From Campylobacterales bacterium (GTDB lineage: Bacteria; Campylobacterota; Campylobacteria; Campylobacterales; Sulfurimonadaceae), in assembly GCA_038205935.1 (NCBI GenBank), contig JBBRBK010000002.1, positions 37,839 to 101,838 on the forward strand: DNA of 64,000 bases, in the 5' to 3' direction. Position numbers and translations under genes: made by a program. Under the pieces are notes generated by a model, which saw only the letters and a program-made list of their open reading frames with translations, did not search any database and was not told the origin of the DNA. Below, piece after piece: positions 56,582-64,000 of the stretch (the stretch's first letter is position 1; each line of letters begins with the position of its first letter).

Positions 56582-58227
56582 TAGCAAACGACTCGATTGA
56601 GCAGTTAAAGTCCAGACTCGACATCCTTGATGTAGTCGGTTCTTATATAGAGCTCAAAAAAGCTGGCGCAAACTTCAAAGCACCATGTCCATTTCACGAT
56701 GATAAATCTCCAAGTTTTGTAGTAAGTCCTTCCAAGCAGATATACCACTGTTTTGGCTGTGGTGCAGGAGGCGACAGTATCCGTTTTGTGATGGAATATG
56801 AGAAACTCAGTTATCCAGAAGCAATAGAAAAGCTCGCTGCACAGTATAATTTTTCACTTCAATACACAGACAATCAACATCAGCAAAAACGCTCACAGCT
56901 TTTAGACAAGCTTAATGAATATTATCAAACGCTTTTGACGCATAATCAAAATGCTCTAGCCTATCTTAAAGAACGTGGGATTTTTGAGTCAAGTGTTGAG
57001 AAGTTTGGCATCGGCTATGCTTCAAGTTCAGCCCAAACGCTCACCTACATACAAAAAAATATGTTCACTATGCGTGAGGCGATGGAAGTTGGAGCTGCAG
57101 GACATGACAATGGCAAAAGTTTCGCCCGTTTTATAGAACGCATCACTTTTCCCATTTTCGCGACAAACGGTACTATTGTCGGTTTTGGCGGACGTACGAT
57201 TACCGGACATCAAGCCAAATATGTCAACTCTCCTCAAACGAAACTTTTCAATAAATCAAAGCTTTTATATGCGTACAATTTTGCAAAAGATGCCATCTAT
57301 AAAAATCGCCAGATCATTATAACAGAGGGTTATTTGGATGTTATCATGTTGCATCAAGCTGGTTTTACAAACGCCGTTGCCACACTTGGTACGGCACTTA
57401 CCCTAGAGCATCTGCCACTCCTTCGAAAAGGTGAGCCGGATGTTATTATGGCGTATGATGGAGATAATGCCGGAGCTGCGGCTGCACTCAAAGCTGCTCG
57501 ACTTTTAAGCGCTTCAGGTTTTAATGGAGGCGTTATACTTTTTGGCGGAGGAATGGATCCCGCTGATATGGTAAAAAATGGACAAATAGAGGAGTTAAAT
57601 ACTCTTTTCAGGCATCCAAAATCATTCATTGAATTTGTTATAGATCGGATCGTTATGGGTTATAACATCAAAGATCCAAAAGGAAAAGAGGGTGCATTAG
57701 ATGAGGCGATCGGTTATTTGAAAACACTTACACCTCTACTTCAAGAAGAGTATAAGATCTATCTTTCCTCAACTCTTGGAGTCAATCCCTCTTTTGTAAA
57801 AGTTTCATCACATAATCTTGTGCATACAAACAAAAAGGAGCTTCGCACTCCGCATAGAGATATGTGGGAGCTTTCTCTTGTAAAAACTGTTTTAGAACAT
57901 CCAGAACTCATCGATCAGATACTCGATGCCATCGATCCTTCGATATTACAGTTTCATCAAAGAGAACTTTCTATTGCGATCAGTGGCAGATTGGATGCTC
58001 CAGAACTGATGGCAATCGCTGTGGATGATGGGATTGCTTCGCATACAAATTATGAGGAACTCAAAGCGGAACTCATAACATTTTTAACGAAATACTATAA
58101 TCAAGAATATAAGAAAATACAATTACGCCAAGATATTGGATTTGAGCAAAAAGCTTTTTTAATACGCTCGATTCGTGGTAAAATTTCAAAATTACAAAGA
58201 GGTGAACTAGTTGCATATGAAGCTTAA
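56578..58227 (+). CDS. dnaG: DNA primase
   Basis: CPFH...CFGC zinc domain, KYVNSP, EGYLDV, YDGDNAG. Confidence 0.97.
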   Translation: MIANDSIEQLKSRLDILDVVGSYIELKKAGANFKAPCPFHDDKSPSFVVSPSKQIYHCFGCGAGGDSIRFVMEYEKLSYPEAIEKLAAQYNFSLQYTDNQHQQKRSQLLDKLNEYYQTLLTHNQNALAYLKERGIFESSVEKFGIGYASSSAQTLTYIQKNMFTMREAMEVGAAGHDNGKSFARFIERITFPIFATNGTIVGFGGRTITGHQAKYVNSPQTKLFNKSKLLYAYNFAKDAIYKNRQIIITEGYLDVIMLHQAGFTNAVATLGTALTLEHLPLLRKGEPDVIMAYDGDNAGAAAALKAARLLSASGFNGGVILFGGGMDPADMVKNGQIEELNTLFRHPKSFIEFVIDRIVMGYNIKDPKGKEGALDEAIGYLKTLTPLLQEEYKIYLSSTLGVNPSFVKVSSHNLVHTNKKELRTPHRDMWELSLVKTVLEHPELIDQILDAIDPSILQFHQRELSIAISGRLDAPELMAIAVDDGIASHTNYEELKAELITFLTKYYNQEYKKIQLRQDIGFEQKAFLIRSIRGKISKLQRGELVAYEA

Positions 58228-58266
58228 CGCTTACATGTAACCCTTGTGCCTACCCAAAGGAAAACT

Positions 58267-59253
58267 ATGTCAAAAACAAAAGCGATCGCACTTTTTAGCG
58301 GCGGTTTGGATTCTACACTCGCTATGAAACTTATCATTGACCAAGGTATCGAGGTTATTGCATGTAATATCAACACAGGTTTTGGTTCTACAAAAGATCG
58401 CTATGATCATATGAAAAGTATGTGTGACCAAGTCGGAGCCGAGCTTCGTATCATTGATATTCAAAGTGAGTATCTTCAAGAAGTTTTATTTGATCCAAAA
58501 CATGGATATGGCAAAAATTTCAATCCTTGTATTGACTGTCATGCAAAAATGTTTGAAGTGGCTAAACGTATTATGGTAGCAGAAGGTGCGAGCTTTTTGA
58601 TAAGCGGCGAAGTTTTAGGACAGCGTCCGATGAGTCAAAATAAAGATGCGCTTCAAATTGTTTTAGACGAAAGTAATTGTGATGGACTCTTATTGCGTCC
58701 GATGTCAGCTAAACGTTTAAAGCCTACTATTGCAGAAGAATCTGGGCTAGTCGATAGAGAGAAACTTGAAGAGATTATGGGAAGAAGTCGCGAGAGACAA
58801 TTCGCGCTTGCGAAAGAATTCGGACTCAAAGATTTTGAAAGCCCAGGTGGCGGATGTTTGTTGACTGATGAGAGTTTCACAAAAAAAATGCGTGATTTTT
58901 TAGCGTATGACAACTTTGAAATAGAGGATATTCCCGTTATCAAATATGGCAGACATATGCGACTCCCAGATAAGGCAAAGCTTGTTGTAGGGCGTGATCA
59001 GGTAGATAATGAACATATGAAAAATGTGAAAAGTCAAAAGTACTTACATGTAACCGTAGCTCCGATGGCTGGACCATATGCGCTCATTTCAAAAGCTGCT
59101 ACCGAGGATGAAAAAAAACTCGCAGCAAAGATAATTCTTACTTATTGTAAAACGAATCCTGATGAAACCTATGCAGTGCTCTTTGGTCATGAAGAGATAA
59201 TTGCTTCACCTTTAGCTTCAAGAGCAGAGATAGAGCCTTTTACTGTTTTGTAA
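58267..59253 (+). CDS. PP-loop tRNA thiolation (ThiI/MnmA-like) protein
   Basis: SGGLDS, NPCIDC, GEVLGQRPMSQ, PGGGCLLT; ATG 58267 with AAGGA RBS. Confidence 0.85.
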   Translation: MSKTKAIALFSGGLDSTLAMKLIIDQGIEVIACNINTGFGSTKDRYDHMKSMCDQVGAELRIIDIQSEYLQEVLFDPKHGYGKNFNPCIDCHAKMFEVAKRIMVAEGASFLISGEVLGQRPMSQNKDALQIVLDESNCDGLLLRPMSAKRLKPTIAEESGLVDREKLEEIMGRSRERQFALAKEFGLKDFESPGGGCLLTDESFTKKMRDFLAYDNFEIEDIPVIKYGRHMRLPDKAKLVVGRDQVDNEHMKNVKSQKYLHVTVAPMAGPYALISKAATEDEKKLAAKIILTYCKTNPDETYAVLFGHEEIIASPLASRAEIEPFTVL

Positions 59254-59298
59254 GATTATAAAATATATACTAGGTGAAACAAAATCAAAGGAAGCGGC

Positions 59299-59715
59299 AT
59301 GTCTGGCATCAAGTTTGCATTTAAAAATATCGTCCCATTATTAGATTTAAGTATTGGGCTCGCAAGAAGAGTCGATGAAAACAGAGCTGAAAGTATGACG
59401 GTTTTGTATTGTAATTTTGGAGAGTTTTCCCAAGATCTTATAAATGCAAGTCTCGGACAAATTTTACGCGACTCGGATGCTATTTTAAGCTACGAAAATC
59501 ATTATTTCTTTATTTTACAGTATACAGATAAATATGGAGCGACGATAGTCAAGGATATGTTTGAAGAGTTTTTTGCCTCTTATCTCGAATCATCCATGTC
59601 AAGTTATCCCATAGATGGCGAAAATGCATATGAATTGATAGAAGATATTCAGGCAAATGTGAGCACTCAGCTTTCCCTTGATCTGTTGTTTTTAGATAAA
59701 GAGAGACTTAGTTAA
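59299..59715 (+). CDS. Hypothetical protein, possibly a degenerate GGDEF-like fold
   Basis: ILRDSD, TDKYGA, SYPIDGEN; no GGDEF motif. Confidence 0.6.
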   Translation: MSGIKFAFKNIVPLLDLSIGLARRVDENRAESMTVLYCNFGEFSQDLINASLGQILRDSDAILSYENHYFFILQYTDKYGATIVKDMFEEFFASYLESSMSSYPIDGENAYELIEDIQANVSTQLSLDLLFLDKERLS

Positions 59716-59935
59716 AAAAGTTGTATTTGGAAAATTTATAAATATTTGAGTTTTTATAAAACTCGATGGCTTCTGCCATTTTTTCTTCACGAGAGAGTTT
59801 TTTATCACAAACACAGTGGCATTGAATCTCCACTTTTTTACTTGTGTTTGTGTCTGCTTTCGTAGTACACGTTGAATCCGCAAAAAGAAAAGTTGACAAA
59901 AGAGTCACTGATAAAAAAATCTCTACAAATCTCAT
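59708..59935 (-). CDS. Small exported Cys-containing protein
   Basis: Signal peptide ending LFA-D; CHCVC. Confidence 0.6.
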   Translation of the reverse strand: MRFVEIFLSVTLLSTFLFADSTCTTKADTNTSKKVEIQCHCVCDKKLSREEKMAEAIEFYKNSNIYKFSKYNFFN

Positions 59936-59987
59936 TGTCTCAACCGATTAAATAATTTATTTAGAAATATCATATATGTATTTTGTA

Positions 59988-60014
59988 TACATGTAAGTAA
60001 AATACTTACATGTA
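59988..60014. terminator. 12-bp hairpin made of two TACATGTAA copies, downstream of ilvD
   Basis: TACATGTAAGTA-aaa-TACTTACATGTA, 11 nt past the ilvD stop. Confidence 0.5.
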
Positions 60015-60025
60015 AACGTTTTAGA

Positions 60026-61714
60026 TTATAGTTCTGTTTTTAGAGATGCACCGTTTGATGCATTTGAAACTAAAAGACTGTAACGTTTAAGCCATTTTGA
60101 TGTGATCTCTTTTTTCACAGGTTTGAAATGAAGACGACGACGCTCTAAGGTTTCTGGATCTACATTGAGTTGAAGTAAGTGTGTATCAACATCGAGTTCG
60201 ATCTCATCACCATCTTCTATCAAACCTATCATTCCGCCCTCAGCTGCTTCAGGACTCACATGGCCGATACTTGCGCCATGTGTTGCTCCTGAAAAACGAC
60301 CATCAGTGATAAGCGCGACACTTTCACCAAGTCCCATTCCCATGATAAGTGCAGTAGGTGCTAGCATCTCTTGCATACCCGGTCCGCCTTTTGGGCCTTC
60401 ATAACGGATAACGACAACGTGGCCAGCTTTTACTTTGTGACCCATAATGCCCGTAATTGCTTCTTGTTGTGAATTAAAACATATTGCAGTGCCTTTAAAC
60501 TGACGCATACTTGGACTGATACCTGCAGTTTTTACAACTGCACCCTCTTCTGCAAGATTACCAAATAAAATAGAAAGACCACCTACTGGAGAAAAAGCAT
60601 TTTCGTTTGTATGGATGATGTTAGTGTCTTTAATTTCCGCATCTTTGATGCGCTCTGCTAAAGTTTCACCTGTAATCATCATAACATTTGTACGTAAGAC
60701 GTCACCACGACGACTAACCTCTTTCATAACAGCATTTACGCCACCCGCACGGTTGATATCGTCCATGTGGACAGTCGTGAGAGAAGGTGAGATTTTAGCA
60801 ATATGCGCCACTTGTTTACCGATGGTATTGATGTAGGTGATATCAAATTCTACCTCCGCTTCGTTTGCGATAGCAAGTAAGTGAAGAACAGTGTTTGATG
60901 AACCACCCATCGCCATATCAATTACAAAAGCGTTATGAATTGCATCAGCGTTGAGAATATTGCGCATATTCCATTTACCATCTTCGTTATTTTTTGCTAT
61001 CTCGACTATACGTTTAGCTGCAATCTTGACCATCTCGATACGTTCAGGAGTCATCGCCAAAACCGTACCATTTCCAGGAAGAGCAACACCCATCGCTTCA
61101 CATAACGTGTTCATTGAGTTCGCTGTAAACATACCCGAACAGCTTCCACCGCTTGGACAAGCTTCACACTCTATCTCATAGAGTTCTTCATCACTCATAT
61201 TGCCCTCAGCGTGTTGACCGACAGCTTCAAAAGCAGTTGCAAGATCGATAGGCGTGCCATCTTTTTTATGTCCAGCCCTCATTGGTCCACCTGAAACAAA
61301 AATAGTAGGCACATTGACACGAAGCGCGCCCATAAGCATGCCCGGAACTATCTTGTCACAGTTAGGAATACAGATCATTGCGTCAAGTTTATGAGCATTC
61401 ATAACAGTTTCAATACTATCAGCAATTAATTCACGTGAAGGAAGTGAATAAAGCATTCCATCGTGTCCCATAGCGATTCCATCATCAACACCGATAGTAT
61501 TAAACTCAAATGGTACGCCACCAGCCTCACGGATAGCTTCTTTAACGATACGTCCATACTCTTGTAAAAAGAAGTGTCCTGGAATGATATCTATATGAGA
61601 ATTTGCAACGCCGATAAACGGTTTGTTGAAATCTTCATCTTTAAGCCCTGTTGCACGTAAGAGTGAACGGTGCGGAGTACGGTCAAAGCCTTTTTTTATT
61701 GTATCACTGCGCAT
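60026..61714 (-). CDS. ilvD: Dihydroxy-acid dehydratase
   Basis: [37 protein letters not shown]. Confidence 0.98.
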   Translation of the reverse strand: MRSDTIKKGFDRTPHRSLLRATGLKDEDFNKPFIGVANSHIDIIPGHFFLQEYGRIVKEAIREAGGVPFEFNTIGVDDGIAMGHDGMLYSLPSRELIADSIETVMNAHKLDAMICIPNCDKIVPGMLMGALRVNVPTIFVSGGPMRAGHKKDGTPIDLATAFEAVGQHAEGNMSDEELYEIECEACPSGGSCSGMFTANSMNTLCEAMGVALPGNGTVLAMTPERIEMVKIAAKRIVEIAKNNEDGKWNMRNILNADAIHNAFVIDMAMGGSSNTVLHLLAIANEAEVEFDITYINTIGKQVAHIAKISPSLTTVHMDDINRAGGVNAVMKEVSRRGDVLRTNVMMITGETLAERIKDAEIKDTNIIHTNENAFSPVGGLSILFGNLAEEGAVVKTAGISPSMRQFKGTAICFNSQQEAITGIMGHKVKAGHVVVIRYEGPKGGPGMQEMLAPTALIMGMGLGESVALITDGRFSGATHGASIGHVSPEAAEGGMIGLIEDGDEIELDVDTHLLQLNVDPETLERRRLHFKPVKKEITSKWLKRYSLLVSNASNGASLKTEL

Positions 61715-61784
61715 AAAAATCCTTATTTATATAGTATTATTACTGCGATTATAACACTTTTTTAAATAAAATCGCAAAAACCCC

Positions 61785-61813
61785 TTTACATCACAAATAA
61801 AATTTGCTATACT
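61785..61813 (+). promoter_or_regulatory. Sigma70 promoter of the tRNA operon
   Basis: TTTACA-17 nt-TATACT with extended TG and GC-rich discriminator TCCGGCC. Confidence 0.75.
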
Positions 61814-61847
61814 TCCGGCCCAACAATGATAAAAGTTGGTAATGTAT

Positions 61848-61922
61848 GCGGGAATAGCTCAGTGGTAGAGCACAACCTTGCCAAGGTTGGGGTCGCGAGT
61901 TCGAACCTCGTTTCCCGCTCCA
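61848..61922 (+). tRNA. tRNA-Gly(GCC)
   Basis: Cloverleaf; loop TTGCCAA; CCA. Confidence 0.97.
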
Positions 61923-61947
61923 TTAAAGTAAAAAATAGTATGTATCT

Positions 61948-62034
61948 GCCCGGATGGCGAAATCGGTAGACGCAAGGGACTTAAAATCCCTCGGTGGTAA
62001 CACTGTGCCGGTTCAAGTCCGGCTCCGGGCACCA
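61948..62034 (+). tRNA. tRNA-Leu(TAA)
   Basis: Long variable arm; loop CTTAAAA; CCA. Confidence 0.97.
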
Positions 62035-62058
62035 TAATAAATTGATAATAAACGAACT

Positions 62059-62132
62059 GGCGCCATCGCCAAGTGGTAAGGCCGGAGCCTGCAAAGCTTC
62101 TATCCCCAGTTCAAATCTGGGTGGCGCCTCCA
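62059..62132 (+). tRNA. tRNA-Cys(GCA)
   Basis: Loop CTGCAAA; U73-CCA. Confidence 0.97.
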
Positions 62133-62160
62133 AATTTATTATTATACTTACAACATCAGT

Positions 62161-62250
62161 GGATAGGTGGCAGAGCTTGGTCGAATGCACCGGTCTTGAA
62201 AACCGGCGAGGGTTATACCTCCGTGGGTTCGAATCCCACCCTGTCCACCA
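62161..62250 (+). tRNA. tRNA-Ser(TGA)
   Basis: Long variable arm; loop CTTGAAA. Confidence 0.96.
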
Positions 62251-62289
62251 TTAGACAGAACAATAATCAGAAAAAAATAGAAGAAACTT

Positions 62290-62379
62290 GGATAGATGGG
62301 TGAGCGGCTGAAACCACATCCCTGCTAAGGATGCGTACTGGTAACGGTACCGAGGGTTCGAACCCCTCTCTGTCCACCA
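62290..62379 (+). tRNA. tRNA-Ser(GCT)
   Basis: Long variable arm; loop CTGCTAA. Confidence 0.96.
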
Positions 62380-62398
62380 CCGACTATAAAATTAACAT

Positions 62399-62473
62399 TC
62401 CGAATTAGCTCAGCGGTAGAGTAGGTGACTGTTAATCACTTGGCCACTGGTTCGAATCCAGTATTCGGAGCCA
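62399..62473 (+). tRNA. tRNA-Asn(GTT)
   Basis: Loop CTGTTAA; GCCA end. Confidence 0.96.
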
Positions 62474-62501
62474 TTAAATATAACTATAATTTACTTCACA
62501 T

Positions 62502-62575
62502 TGGGGTGTCGCCAAGCGGTAAGGCCTCGGTTTTTGGTACCGATATCAGGGGTTCGAATCCCTTCACCCCATCCA
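62502..62575 (+). tRNA. tRNA-Gln(TTG)
   Basis: Loop TTTTGGT; CCA. Confidence 0.95.
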
Positions 62576-62589
62576 ACTTCGACAAACAT

Positions 62590-62666
<77 letters not shown>

Positions 62667-62793
62667 ACTTCATAAAAAACTTCAATCATCAGATAAAAAA
62701 GACCCAAATCATTCACGTTTTTCCATATAATTAATCTCTTTAAATATCCGCTATAGCTTTTGATATTTGTCCGTTCATATCATTTCCTTATAT

Positions 62794-63318
62794 TTAAACC
62801 GTTGGTACAGATCCAAAACTATTTTCAGTTTGATCACTTGATTGAACTAGCCATATGATTAATGGAATAAGTCCAATGATAGTGATAGCAATTAGTTGCC
62901 ACCATCCACTTCTATTTGTATCGTGTAGTCGACGTGCGGCAACAGCGATACCAGGAACAAATAAGGCTAAGGAAATCAGTGAGTTTATAATAGTCGTACC
63001 GAGCACTAGATCAATAACAGATGCCCCAATACTGACTATTATCGTAGCTAAAACATACCACCAATATTCTGCTTTTGAAGCACGTCCATTAAAATTAGCA
63101 TAATTCTCTAGAACCGCGCGCTTGAATGCATTAACCAAATTCATTTCAAATGGTATAGCATGCTGCGATGATCTTGAATTACCATGAAAACTCGTATTTG
63201 TATTAACTGAATCATTATGTAGATTCGTTCCTACGTTTGTCACAATGGCAGCTCCACAAGACGAACAAAACTTAACTTCTGATTGTATTTCAGCTCCACA
63301 AGACGAACAGTATGACAT
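62794..63318 (-). CDS. DUF805-family membrane protein with N-terminal zinc ribbon
   Basis: YCSSCG...FCSSCG; NFNGRASKAEYWW; RRLHDTNRSGWW. Confidence 0.9.
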   Translation of the reverse strand: MSYCSSCGAEIQSEVKFCSSCGAAIVTNVGTNLHNDSVNTNTSFHGNSRSSQHAIPFEMNLVNAFKRAVLENYANFNGRASKAEYWWYVLATIIVSIGASVIDLVLGTTIINSLISLALFVPGIAVAARRLHDTNRSGWWQLIAITIIGLIPLIIWLVQSSDQTENSFGSVPTV

Positions 63319-63405
63319 TTTTCACCCCATTTATGTTATTTTGATATACAATGTTATCATTATAATCTGAATAATATCTATTATTTATTGTTTTTAAGTT
63401 AACAA

Positions 63406-64000
63406 GGGCACCTCTAAAAACAGCTTTCACAGCCTCCTAAAGTTTTCTATTTTCTTTTTTTAACTTTTCTTGAATCTTCATCTGAGGAAAGTTGAGGGAA
63501 TCTTTACATTTTCTGTAAAAAAACTCACTCAATTCGCCTCTGTTGGTGTTCTTTTTACATCTTTTGCACTTTCTGTAGTCTTACAAGCTGTTCATATCTA
63601 AACAGATTGTATGTAAGATTGAGCAACCCTATGATCGAATCGATTCTCTTTTTACCGATGGCTTTAAGATTCAATCCATTATTCATAGAGTTTGTCATAA
63701 ATCCAAATACATGTTCTACTCGAGAACGTACTTTTGATTTGAGGGTATTACGTGATTCTTGTTCTATTGTAAGAGGATGATTTCTATACCCTTTTTTGCA
63801 ATGTCGTAAACTTTGTAATCAACTTGGTTGAAGCATCTGCATTGATATGATTCTTGTATCCGTAATGACGCTCTTTGTTTTTTGTCATCCATCTTGCGTC
63901 ACAATCTTTTTGAGATAGTTTGGAAGGATTCTCTTCAAATGATTCTGGAGTGTTACCTTGTTTGATTGTTTCATTCTCTTCACGAGTATTACGCTGTCTT
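63406..64000 (-). mobile_element. IS5-family insertion sequence remnant (continues beyond the window)
   Basis: Transposase fragments; candidate terminal IR GGGCACCTCTAAAAA at 63406-63420. Confidence 0.75.
63555..64000 (-). pseudogene. IS5-family transposase with frameshift and apparent internal deletion
   Basis: One frame gives RQRNTREEN...QKDCDARW...HYGYKNHI then stops; another frame gives KGYRNHPL...KSKVRSRVEHVFG...NLTYNL. Confidence 0.8.

Noticed and set aside
58242..58260. CCTTGTGCCTACCCAAAGG beside a palindrome copy as a fourth mini-insert
   Set aside because: The motif is not split here and the similarity is too partial.
2575..60016. TTACATGTAA copies as a CRISPR or tandem array
   Set aside because: Copies are 10-12 bp, dispersed, mostly intragenic, with no regular spacers and no cas genes.
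62161..62250. Possible selenocysteine tRNA
   Set aside because: The anticodon is TGA (reads UCA, Ser), not TCA, and the acceptor stem is the normal 7 bp.

Overview
Chromosomal window from an AT-rich member of the Campylobacterota; gene content and promoter style suggest a Sulfurimonas-like organism (inference). Housekeeping genes: typA, nrdB, pcm, thyX, dgt, rpsU, purT, dnaG, ilvD and an 8-tRNA operon. It also has a sigma54 flagellar hook cluster (fliK-flgD-two flgE), five GGDEF or GGDEF-EAL genes, a TonB-receptor/exbBD/tonB operon, an sdhA/sdhB-like pair and a broken IS5-family element at the right edge. Five observations stand out. (1) The palindrome (C)TTACATGTAA(G) is strongly over-represented (14 exact 10-mers counted by eye). 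It occurs in genes and as paired hairpins, and three sites appear to carry related tiny GC-rich in-frame insertions. (2) A 5.8-kb integrative element (tyrosine integrase, AlpA-like protein, Rep_trans-like initiator) sits in the 3' end of rpsU and supplies a synonymously recoded rpsU tail. (3) A His/CxxC/RAPP leader peptide has its stop codon in a hairpin that hides the TonB-receptor RBS. (4) There are two unannotated candidate sRNAs with anti-Shine-Dalgarno-like tracts. (5) A 48-aa very acidic microprotein is coupled between sdhA and sdhB. All calls come from reading the sequence; no searches were run.
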